25,966 bases of DNA from the IMG/VR virus record IMGVR_UViG_3300045557_000074, positions 1 to 25,966 of that record. One strand, given 5' to 3'. The DNA comes from a virus. Taxonomy: Duplodnaviria > Caudoviricetes. Made by a program: the position numbers and the translations under genes. The notes beneath the pieces are model-generated. The model was not told where the DNA came from. It made no database searches and worked only from the letters and a program-made list of their open reading frames with translations. Below, in pieces: positions 1-7,140 of the stretch (the stretch's first letter is position 1; the number at the start of each line of letters is the position of its first letter).

Positions 1-1395
1 TTTTTCTTTTAACTTATTTATAAATCTCTCCTTTACTTCATTGTTTTTTATTTTATCAATATCATCAACGATAGCTATTTTATTAGACTTGCCATATTGA
101 AGGAACTTTTCATATTCAGCATGATTATCACTATATTGTTCTTCAAATAATGGTCTTATAACTTTATCAATTTCTTTATCTCTTATATCATCAATAGTAA
201 AAAAAATAGGGATTTTATTAGTTAATAATTTTAAATATATATACTTTAATAAAGCAGTTTTACCAGAATTCTCACCGCCAACGATATTAATTCTCTTTAT
301 TTCATCTAGTTTACTAATAAAATTATCTATGTCATTTATTTCTATTTTCTCAGCATAATCTGTTTTATCTATTGATGATAATGATGGAAAAACAAAGTAA
401 TTAGTAAAATCACTGCAAATTTGGTGCTTTTCGTCGGATTTCATTGTTTTTATATAATCATCTTTTGGATTGATAAACTTATTATAGATAGCAAGGTTTT
501 TATCTGTATAACCCTTTTCATGTGTAAATAAATTATTTTTATTATCCCAACTAAAAGAGTAGGAGTTTATTCTTTTAACATCAGTATCTAATACAACAAC
601 ATTATATTCACTATCTTCTAACAAACTTGTTGTATTAAACTTACCACCTGCGAATATTACTGTATTTTTTTTAGATTTAGTATAAACGTCTTTATCTCCA
701 ATAATATGATCATGTCCAATAAAGAGTAACGAAGAATTTTTTAAAATAAAATCTTCTAATTTCACCTTAGAATTCCAATTAAAGTTTTCTGTGCTATGGT
801 GCATAACAGTAAATACTAAATCTGCATGATCATTTTTAGCTAAAGTGTTTAAATATGATTCAGGAAAGAAATGCAATTCTTTATCATTAGGTAGTAATGT
901 TGAAAAAAAAGCTGAATTAATTAAGTTTAATTGTAATTCTAAATTGCCAAAATTAATAAATTTTACATCAACAAATTTATTACTACTAAAAATTGACTTT
1001 GAAGAAGCAAAATCATAAAATGACTTAAACATTTCTATTTCTTCATCAATATGCTGTTCAATAGTATTTTGTTTATAATAATTAATTATATCTTCACACT
1101 TCCGGGTGATGCTTGTAAAATCTGAATCGTGGTTTCCTGGTACAAAATATAATCTTATATATTTATTTAATAATTTTGACTTAATTTCTGAAATTAGAGT
1201 GCCAAAAAAGATTCTAGCTTTTTTATAATCATTCACTAATCCCTTATCAGCAATATCGCCTGAACAGACAACTATACATTCATCGAACTTTCCAACAATT
1301 TGTAGACTATCTACAATTTTTTCAATTTTGAGTATGTTTATATAACCGCTACTTGAAATATGTAAATCACTTAACTGTAATATTAAAACTTTCAT
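1..1395 (-). CDS. Calcineurin-like metallophosphoesterase fused to a P-loop (STAND/NACHT-like) NTPase; 3' end runs off the window
   Basis: Translated by hand: ATG at 1395 behind RBS AGGAG, open to base 1 (465 codons). Phosphoesterase motifs LSDLH, SGDIAD, PGNHD (1126-1140), MHH, GHDH. Walker A GGENSGKT (256-279) and Walker B IAIVDDID (55-78). Confidence 0.9.
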   Translation of the reverse strand, partial: MKVLILQLSDLHISSSGYINILKIEKIVDSLQIVGKFDECIVVCSGDIADKGLVNDYKKARIFFGTLISEIKSKLLNKYIRLYFVPGNHDSDFTSITRKCEDIINYYKQNTIEQHIDEEIEMFKSFYDFASSKSIFSSNKFVDVKFINFGNLELQLNLINSAFFSTLLPNDKELHFFPESYLNTLAKNDHADLVFTVMHHSTENFNWNSKVKLEDFILKNSSLLFIGHDHIIGDKDVYTKSKKNTVIFAGGKFNTTSLLEDSEYNVVVLDTDVKRINSYSFSWDNKNNLFTHEKGYTDKNLAIYNKFINPKDDYIKTMKSDEKHQICSDFTNYFVFPSLSSIDKTDYAEKIEINDIDNFISKLDEIKRINIVGGENSGKTALLKYIYLKLLTNKIPIFFTIDDIRDKEIDKVIRPLFEEQYSDNHAEYEKFLQYGKSNKIAIVDDIDKIKNNEVKERFINKLKEK

Positions 1396-1435
1396 TAATA
1401 TTCTCCTGCTTTCAACAATTTTCGCAATACAAATA

Positions 1436-1469
1436 CAAAAAATCCCACATCAAAAAAAGATATGGGATT
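1436..1469 (-). terminator. Intrinsic terminator downstream of the repressor gene
   Basis: Minus strand AATCCCATATC-TTTTTTT-GATGTGGGATT followed by a T run. Confidence 0.65.
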
Positions 1470-1527
1470 GCAAGCCATAGTATATAAATATTTAATTGTC
1501 AGTGTTTCCCCCGTTGTATAATCCCAA

Positions 1528-1887
1528 TTATTTGTTCTGTTGTTTTTTGAACCTAATGAAGTTAATTATCTCATGCTTGTCCGTTTCGGACAGGTTTTTA
1601 AAATCCTTGAATGCTACCATGGTGTCCGGATCATTGAGGAGCTGCTGGAGCTCTTCATCCAGAGTTAAGGATTCAGGCTCTCTTATGTTAGTTCTACCCA
1701 TTAAATAATCAAGAGATACTTTAAAGTAATCAGCAAATGTTTTTTTGGTCTCATCATCTGCTTGACGTTTGTTTGTTTCATACTGAGATATTCTTGATTT
1801 TGGCATGTTAAAAATTTTTCCAAACTCTTCTTGATTTAGTTCCTTTTCAATACGTAAACTTCTTAATCTATCTCCAAACGTAGCCAT
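1528..1887 (-). CDS. CI-like XRE-family HTH prophage repressor
   Basis: FGDRLRSLRIEKELNQEEFGKIFNMPKSRISQYETNKR...FKVSLDYLMGRT; RBS AGGAG before ATG 1887; divergent from the cro-like gene. Confidence 0.92.
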   Translation of the reverse strand: MATFGDRLRSLRIEKELNQEEFGKIFNMPKSRISQYETNKRQADDETKKTFADYFKVSLDYLMGRTNIREPESLTLDEELQQLLNDPDTMVAFKDFKNLSETDKHEIINFIRFKKQQNK

Positions 1888-1908
1888 TTGAACAACTCCT
1901 TTGATTTT

Positions 1909-1937
1909 ATTATAGTACACAAAATGTAAACTGTAAA
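1909..1937 (-). promoter_or_regulatory. Leftward sigmaA promoter for the repressor
   Basis: TTTACA (1937-1932), 17 bp, TATAAT (1914-1909). Confidence 0.8.
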
Positions 1938-2029
1938 TTATATATAAAAAAGTTCACAAATTCGTAATTTATCTATTGACAAATCACAAATTGAGCACTA
2001 TACTTATATCAAGTTCACAAAGTGATGAT
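1915..2029. promoter_or_regulatory. Four 17-bp operator-like sites of the cI/cro switch
   Basis: GTACACAAAATGTAAAC 1915-1931, GTTCACAAATTCGTAAT 1952-1968, AATCACAAATTGAGCAC 1982-1998, GTTCACAAAGTGATGAT 2013-2029. Confidence 0.75.
1976..2004 (+). promoter_or_regulatory. Rightward sigmaA early lytic promoter
   Basis: TTGACA (1976-1981), 17 bp, TATACT (1999-2004). Confidence 0.88.
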
Positions 2030-2048
2030 TAGAAAAGAGGTGAATACT

Positions 2049-2282
2049 CTGTATACAAAACTAAAGAAAATCAGAGAAGAAAATAAATATACACAGGATG
2101 ACATGGCAAATAAGCTTGGGTATAACTCAAAAAGCACTTATAACATGAAAGAAAAGGGAATAAGAAAAATTACAGTAGAAGAAGCTTATCAAATTTCTAA
2201 AATTTTTAATAAAACAATCGAAGAAATTTTTTTTGATAGCGAAGTGGTCATATTGACTACTGGATTAAAAGAAACAGGCTAA
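2049..2282 (+). CDS. Cro-like XRE HTH regulator (probable CTG start; ORF track starts at 2022)
   Basis: KLKKIREENKYTQDDMANKLGYNSKSTYNMKEKG...TIEEIFF; RBS GAGGTG at 2037-2042. Confidence 0.88.
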   Translation: MYTKLKKIREENKYTQDDMANKLGYNSKSTYNMKEKGIRKITVEEAYQISKIFNKTIEEIFFDSEVVILTTGLKETG

Positions 2283-2311
2283 CTACAAAATCTTCACCAG
2301 CAATAGAAAAT
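2275..2311 (+). repeat. Direct repeat copy 1 (cro terminus plus leader)
   Basis: CAGGCTAACTACAAAATCTTCACCAGCAATAGAAAAT; 32/37 identical to 2703-2739. Confidence 0.85.
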
Positions 2312-2333
2312 TTGAAAGGAAGGAGGTAAAGAG

Positions 2334-2483
2334 ATGCTACATAAAGAAGAGCAACGTACAAAAAAGGAACAAGTTATAGATAAAGCTTTAAGCAAACTTC
2401 AGCAATTGGTTGATAAAGAGACCCTACCGGTAGAAGAGATTGGCGTCCTTACTAAACTGATAGAATCTCTTGATAGGCTTTAG
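2334..2483 (+). CDS. Small hypothetical protein, 49 aa (not in ORF track)
   Basis: RBS AAGGAGGT; MLHKEEQRTKKEQVIDKALSKLQQLVDKETLPVEEIGVLTKLIESLDRL. Confidence 0.75.
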   Translation: MLHKEEQRTKKEQVIDKALSKLQQLVDKETLPVEEIGVLTKLIESLDRL

Positions 2484-2486
2484 TCT

Positions 2487-2645
2487 TTATTTACTTACTG
2501 TGTCTAAAATTTTTTCATAAGCGGCTAACGTTAGATTAACTAAGCCTTTTGTTTCAGGAAATTCATCATAATCAATATAATGATTATCTATTAGCTTAAA
2601 TAGAATTTCTTTAGCAATAACTTTTTCTTCATATGTTGCTGACAT
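2487..2645 (-). CDS. Small leftward moron-like protein, 52 aa (not in ORF track)
   Basis: RBS AAGGGGGTG; MSATYEEKVIAKEILFKLIDNHYIDYDEFPETKGLVNLTLAAYEKILDTVSK; has its own promoter. Confidence 0.78.
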   Translation of the reverse strand: MSATYEEKVIAKEILFKLIDNHYIDYDEFPETKGLVNLTLAAYEKILDTVSK

Positions 2646-2668
2646 AATTCACACCCCCTTTCAGGGTG

Positions 2669-2697
2669 ATTATAACATGGATACCAAATTATGTAAA
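2669..2697 (-). promoter_or_regulatory. Leftward sigmaA promoter with extended -10
   Basis: TTTACA (2697-2692), 17 bp, TATAAT (2674-2669) preceded by TGT. Confidence 0.8.
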
Positions 2698-2702
2698 TAA
2701 AG

Positions 2703-2739
2703 CAAGCTAACAACAAAATCTTTACCAGCAACAGGAAAT
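2703..2739 (+). repeat. Direct repeat copy 2
   Basis: CAAGCTAACAACAAAATCTTTACCAGCAACAGGAAAT. Confidence 0.85.
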
Positions 2740-2760
2740 CATATGAAAGAGGTGAAAGAG

Positions 2761-2931
2761 TTGGTAAGACCAAGAGGAACGGACTCAGCACAATTAGTTA
2801 ATGTAATCAAAACAGAATCATTGAGAGGAAAAGGTACAGAAGATGATCCATGCAGGACGGTAATTCAGTATTGGAGTACAGAAGGTGAATTATTGGCTGA
2901 AAAGGATACATGGGAAAGGGAAAAAGAGTAG
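2761..2931 (+). CDS. Small phage protein (RGTDSA...RGKGTEDDPCR..QYW type)
   Basis: RBS GAGGTG before TTG 2761 (ORF track start 2743); resembles small early proteins of Firmicute phages. Confidence 0.8.
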   Translation: MVRPRGTDSAQLVNVIKTESLRGKGTEDDPCRTVIQYWSTEGELLAEKDTWEREKE

Positions 2932-2935
2932 TTAC

Positions 2936-3595
2936 CTACTCTTGAGGATTACGTGCATTCTGAGTAGCTTGATCAATATCCATTATATCAGCATATAGTT
3001 GTTCTTCTTCATGGCGCTTGATATACCAGCTATCAATAAGAAGCTCTAAAAGTTTTATAAGTTTATTAGCTTCATCAGAATCTATATCAACTATAAGGTT
3101 AATGTCTGTTTCCATATGAGCACCAATATTACCTATACGACGGACTCCATCAATTACCTTCCACTGTGTTGGATGTATTTTATCTTTTATGGCTTCAATT
3201 TCATCAACTAATCGCGATTTTCTAATACCCCAAAAATCACGAATAATACCTTGAAGACAGCGCCTAGATAATGTAGCAGATGCTTTAGGGCTAAGGTTAA
3301 CTATTGCACATGCTTCTTCATAATCTTCCCGAATAGCTTGTGGTATGTAGTTTGGAAATTGCTTAGCAAGAGAATTAGGATAGATATGGAAAAAAATATC
3401 TTTTACATCATCACCAATACCTTGAACACAAATACTAATTTTTAAACAATTAGGACACTTATAAAATTTTAAATTTAGACTTTCGGTATGAACATATTGT
3501 GCATCAGAATTGTTAAAACAGGGGTGGTATTCACTCAAAGTATATGGATTAATAGCCATAGCATGGTCGCAAAAAGGGCAAGTATATCCTGCCAT
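2936..3595 (-). CDS. DUF4145 (HEPN-like) protein with N-terminal Zn-ribbon
   Basis: CPFC and CPNC; IREDYEEACAIVNLSPKASATLSRRCLQ; RRIGNIGAH motif. Confidence 0.85.
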   Translation of the reverse strand: MAGYTCPFCDHAMAINPYTLSEYHPCFNNSDAQYVHTESLNLKFYKCPNCLKISICVQGIGDDVKDIFFHIYPNSLAKQFPNYIPQAIREDYEEACAIVNLSPKASATLSRRCLQGIIRDFWGIRKSRLVDEIEAIKDKIHPTQWKVIDGVRRIGNIGAHMETDINLIVDIDSDEANKLIKLLELLIDSWYIKRHEEEQLYADIMDIDQATQNARNPQE

Positions 3596-3605
3596 TTAAT
3601 CACAT

Positions 3606-3647
3606 CCTTTCAACAAAAATTATACAATTTTTGTTGAAAGGTGTCAA
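3606..3647 (-). promoter_or_regulatory. Consensus sigmaA promoter of the DUF4145 gene, overlapped by a perfect 16-bp inverted repeat
   Basis: TTGACA (3647-3642), 17 bp, TATAAT (3624-3619); CCTTTCAACAAAAATT-ATAC-AATTTTTGTTGAAAGG at 3606-3641. Confidence 0.85.
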
Positions 3648-3714
3648 AGAATATTCAAATAAACAAGTACAAGTAGTTAAACATATTATATTTTAAAAGA
3701 CCGGAGGTGCGTAA

Positions 3715-3918
3715 ATGATTAAAGCTCAAATTCCTATAGGTAATATAGTTGAAGACTTCAAGGTCGGCAACACTCACATAATGATCTGCGATGATGATTG
3801 CAGGGATAAGGGCCCGGAAGATAAGGCTAGGGCGATTAAAAGAATGGAGGTTATTGCAGCAAATGCTATAGCTGCCGGCAAATATAAACCAAAAAAGCAG
3901 GAGGTTACTGAAGCGTGA
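3715..3918 (+). CDS. Hypothetical phage protein
   Basis: RBS GGAGGTG; GTGA overlap with the next gene. Confidence 0.8.
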   Translation: MIKAQIPIGNIVEDFKVGNTHIMICDDDCRDKGPEDKARAIKRMEVIAANAIAAGKYKPKKQEVTEA

Positions 3919-4169
3919 ACGCTAGGATAAGGAAAAAGATACATAAGATAATGGATTTGTGCATTGATGTAAAGGATTTTGGTCATGATTGTTTTTATAG
4001 CTTTCAGCCGCATGTAAATAACATTCACTTTGATTTTTATAAAGATGGCTGGGAAAAAGACAAAGAACACCTTTTATTTGAAGGTATCAAACTTAACAGT
4101 CCTGAAACTTTAAAAAAGTTAGATAGTGTAATAAAACTGCTTGAAGAGCTGATTGATGAAAGTGTGTGA
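3915..4169 (+). CDS. Hypothetical phage protein
   Basis: RBS GGAGG; coupled GTG start. Confidence 0.75.
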   Translation: MNARIRKKIHKIMDLCIDVKDFGHDCFYSFQPHVNNIHFDFYKDGWEKDKEHLLFEGIKLNSPETLKKLDSVIKLLEELIDESV

Positions 4170-4176
4170 GGTTGGC

Positions 4177-4515
4177 ATGGAACTAATGATAAAACATTCT
4201 GAGATTTTAACAATTATCATCCAGGCATTTTTCATTACAGTTGCAGGTTTTATATTTGTAGGGTGCTGGGATGAACTCAAGTATGACATTAAAAGGAGCA
4301 GAAAAGCACAAAGGAAGAAGGGAGGAAAAAAGATATTGCGAGAATATGTTTGTCAAGAATGTGGATATAGTGCATGGGCCTTGGATCACATAGTTGATAC
4401 TAATTGTCACCGCTGCGGAGCTCCTGTTAAAACAAAGCCCGTGCCTATAGTTGAAGGAAGTTTTGTTTGTAACGAAAAGACTGAGAAGATTGGACGGTTA
4501 ATAACTGAGAAGTGA
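4177..4515 (+). CDS. Hypothetical protein with an N-terminal TM helix and a C-terminal Zn-ribbon
   Basis: ILTIIIQAFFITVAGFIFVGCW; CQECG...CHRCG; start uncertain (4153, 4177 or 4186). Confidence 0.65.
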   Translation: MELMIKHSEILTIIIQAFFITVAGFIFVGCWDELKYDIKRSRKAQRKKGGKKILREYVCQECGYSAWALDHIVDTNCHRCGAPVKTKPVPIVEGSFVCNEKTEKIGRLITEK

Positions 4516-4555
4516 TTTTATGTTTAGATTATAACAAGAAAGGAGATGAAGTTGA

Positions 4556-5038
4556 ATGAGCAAAGAGTGCACATGTTATTACAAGACATGCAGAGAAAGC
4601 TCAGGTATTAAGCAGGAAGCTGCTGCAGAATTTTTAAATGTGAGCTGTAGGACACTAAGTGATTATGAAAATGGTAAGGCTAGAGTTCCGGATGACATTG
4701 TTGACAGCATGGCAGAGTTGTACAGATCTCCAATGCTTGCATGGTGGCATTTGAAAAACAACAGTGTACTTGGTAAGTATCTGCCGGATGTGGTTGTTCC
4801 GAAGACTGAGGTTGACATGGTGTTTCAGGGCATACTTGCAAAGGACAAGCTTTCACCGATAGTGGAAGGTATTAAGGAAATAATGTCTGACGGAACGATT
4901 GATGTTCTGGAGGAAGAGGTGCTTGATGATCATATTGATGATATGAGGATAGTAAACAATAAGCTAACTTCAATAATCCTATGGCACGATGCCAGGATGA
5001 AGACAAAAAAAGAAAGCCGCACAAAGGCGACTAACTAA
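4556..5038 (+). CDS. XRE HTH regulator with a CII-like C-terminal region
   Basis: YKTCRESSGIKQEAAAEFLNVSCRTLSDYENGK; C-terminal IMSDGTIDVLEE motif; RBS AAAGGAG. Confidence 0.82.
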   Translation: MSKECTCYYKTCRESSGIKQEAAAEFLNVSCRTLSDYENGKARVPDDIVDSMAELYRSPMLAWWHLKNNSVLGKYLPDVVVPKTEVDMVFQGILAKDKLSPIVEGIKEIMSDGTIDVLEEEVLDDHIDDMRIVNNKLTSIILWHDARMKTKKESRTKATN

Positions 5039-5075
5039 CCAAATACATTATAACATAATTATAGATTTTTATCAA
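5005..5075 (-). ncRNA. Candidate short antisense transcription unit (promoter plus terminator, RNA of about 35 nt)
   Basis: TTGATA (5075-5070), 17 bp, TATAAT (5052-5047) preceded by TGT; hairpin AGTCGC-CTTTGT-GCGGCT then TTCTTTTTTT (5032-5005). Confidence 0.5.
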
Positions 5076-5112
5076 ATATATTTTAAATATCCAGGTATGG
5101 AGGATAGAGACG

Positions 5113-5304
5113 TTGCACAGCGAATGGAGAATTACAAGTAATTATATAGGCAGTGACAAAATGTATGCCGTTTATCGTTTAAGAAATATAAATGAAGTTG
5201 ATCACTCCGGTAATAGAGAATTCTCCGGGGGGTGGACTGCAAATAAACAAGTAGCTATTGATTTAGCTGCAGAACTTAATAAAAACAAGGAGGAAAGCAA
5301 ATGA
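5113..5304 (+). CDS. Hypothetical phage protein
   Basis: RBS GGAGG, TTG start, ATGA overlap with the next gene. Confidence 0.8.
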   Translation: MHSEWRITSNYIGSDKMYAVYRLRNINEVDHSGNREFSGGWTANKQVAIDLAAELNKNKEESK

Positions 5305-5516
5305 AATGCAACGATGAAAAAACTTTAAGAATCACAACAGTTGCTCCTGATGAAGAGGTTACTGTAAGGTCAAGGGATGAGATTTCAAACGAAATGGGTA
5401 AGGTCCTTGAAGCTAAGAAGACAGCTGAAAAGAAAATCATAAGATGTGACAAGCGATTGGTTGAATTGTCCAAGGAGCTGCAGCTGGCAAATACAAAGTC
5501 AAGGGAGGTGAAATAA
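5301..5516 (+). CDS. Hypothetical coiled-coil phage protein
   Basis: RBS AAGGAGG; coupled to neighbours. Confidence 0.75.
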   Translation: MKCNDEKTLRITTVAPDEEVTVRSRDEISNEMGKVLEAKKTAEKKIIRCDKRLVELSKELQLANTKSREVK

Positions 5517-5843
5517 TTGGTTAATCTATTGAATTTAGCAGACGGAGAAATACTTGATAAGCTTAACAGGGAATTAGAGAAGGTTGCTCTTAATATTGTT
5601 GACAAAAATACTGATCCTAAGAAAGAGCGAAAAATAACCTTGCAGATCAGCTTCAAACCAAATGAAAATCGTGATTCAATCAATACCAGCGTTGTAGCTA
5701 AGACAAGCCTAGCTCCTGAGCGTGGAATCGAAACATTAATTCTCATGGGCAAGGACGGCGATGGAAAGCTGCATTTAAATGAAGTGAGACAGCAAAGCAT
5801 GTTTGACAATAAGGGAACAGGCAAAATTACAAACATTAAATAA
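5517..5843 (+). CDS. Conserved phage early protein (often labelled 'replication terminator protein')
   Basis: ELEKVALNIVDKNTDPKKERKITLQISFKP; RBS GGGAGGTG. Confidence 0.8.
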   Translation: MVNLLNLADGEILDKLNRELEKVALNIVDKNTDPKKERKITLQISFKPNENRDSINTSVVAKTSLAPERGIETLILMGKDGDGKLHLNEVRQQSMFDNKGTGKITNIK

Positions 5844-5857
5844 TCGGAGGATGAGAA

Positions 5858-6562
5858 ATGTTAAGAGAATTAGCGCAATACATAGTTGGCTTATCTAAGC
5901 CGGAGTTGGTAGACATTAACGGAATGATGTTTAGTGACAGAAAACTGGAAAGGTATGATTATAAGGAACCAAATGCACTTCACTTTAAAAGCATAACAGG
6001 TTTCTTGGAATACATCAAGACTGATTGTGACAGTACGTATGCAGAAAGCTTCATTCACATTAAGAACTACGACAGAATAGAGTTTCTATCGCCGCTCAAT
6101 GACGACAATGAAAGAGAAATTTATGCCATTTGTGAGCCAGACAAGATAAATATCATGTTCAACAAGTTCCTTGAAAGAGAGCAGTTTAACATCATGCTGC
6201 AGACAGGATTTGTAGAGAACGATGACCTGAGGGATATATTAAGATACATCGGAAACATGTCCGATAAAGCTGTCAGAACTGTAGGTGACAATGGTATATC
6301 TCAGGAGATAACAATCAAGAGCTCAACCCAGGGTCTGATAGACGTGTTTATTCCAAATCCTGTAGTACTTCAGCCATATAGGACGTTTACAGAAATTGTT
6401 CCTGTTGAAAGCAAGTTCGTCTTTAGAATGCAGGAAGGTGGTTATTGCGGACTGTTTGAAGCAGATGGAGGAGCGTGGAAGATAGACACCATGCATGTAT
6501 TGGAAGAGTATATATCAGATGTTATGGAGGCTCTTGATATAGACATAAAAGTCTTCGCATAA
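5858..6562 (+). CDS. Conserved phage protein (DUF2303-like), usual partner of the upstream gene
   Basis: DNGISQEITIK...PNPVVLQPYRTFTEI...LFEADGGAWK. Confidence 0.8.
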   Translation: MLRELAQYIVGLSKPELVDINGMMFSDRKLERYDYKEPNALHFKSITGFLEYIKTDCDSTYAESFIHIKNYDRIEFLSPLNDDNEREIYAICEPDKINIMFNKFLEREQFNIMLQTGFVENDDLRDILRYIGNMSDKAVRTVGDNGISQEITIKSSTQGLIDVFIPNPVVLQPYRTFTEIVPVESKFVFRMQEGGYCGLFEADGGAWKIDTMHVLEEYISDVMEALDIDIKVFA

Positions 6563-6581
6563 TTTTTTAAAAAAGCAATTT

Positions 6582-6638
6582 TAAGGTAGTGATTTTATAC
6601 AAAAATTTTTCTAAAAATGTATGAAATCACCTACCTTA
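6582..6638. repeat. Long imperfect inverted repeat (stem of about 20 bp)
   Basis: TAAGGTAG-TGATTTTATACA (6582-6601) pairs with TGTATGAAATCACCTACCTTA (6618-6638). Confidence 0.75.
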
Positions 6639-6690
6639 GATTATTGTACTTAAAACGGAGTTGAATTTTGAATAAATATAGGAGGTTGAG

Positions 6691-7140
6691 ATGTCTGTCT
6701 ATTACACAAAATGCGGCAAAAAATTTAATAAATCAACCAATGCTGAAACAACTGGATATGTATGTGAAACTAATCCGGATGGGAAGCTGAATGAAAAGTG
6801 CAGGATGTGTGGATTCTCACAGATTAAGAAAAATAACCATAATGAATTAATCTCAGAATGCAGAGCCGGAAGCAAAACACCAAATTTCATAAACACAATG
6901 GAAGGCAGCCTGGATGATATGAATGCATTAAGAATTTATTCTTTGAATCTGGATTTTTGTGAAAGCATTTATGATTATGCTGATGCAGATCCGGAGCTGG
7001 TTCCATATTATTGCAAGGACAGTGCAGATTGCAGGAAGGTAATTTCTATTTCCTGCAGCAAGAATAAAAAGGGCATTGCTGCCAAGAAAAAGTTTGCTGA
7101 AATGTTTTTTCATGTGAATGTGGGTGAATTAAATGACTGA
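6691..7140 (+). CDS. Cys-rich hypothetical phage protein
   Basis: RBS AGGAGGT; 149 aa; overlaps the initiator start. Confidence 0.8.
   Translation: MSVYYTKCGKKFNKSTNAETTGYVCETNPDGKLNEKCRMCGFSQIKKNNHNELISECRAGSKTPNFINTMEGSLDDMNALRIYSLNLDFCESIYDYADADPELVPYYCKDSADCRKVISISCSKNKKGIAAKKKFAEMFFHVNVGELND

Noticed and set aside
1496-1708. 70-aa plus-strand ORF and a possible TTGTCA/TATAAT promoter antisense to cI
   Set aside because: Shadow of the repressor gene; the promoter spacer is only 15 bp.
2591-2791. 66-aa minus-strand ORF in the track
   Set aside because: It crosses a promoter and the repeat; a different frame (2487-2645) has the RBS and promoter.
5276-5836. 186-aa minus-strand ORF, and the other minus-strand or off-frame ORFs inside replication and structural genes
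   Set aside because: They overlap well-supported, translationally coupled plus-strand genes and have no recognisable motifs.
5517-5843. Literal replication terminator function
   Set aside because: The label is a propagated annotation; nothing in the sequence supports that activity.
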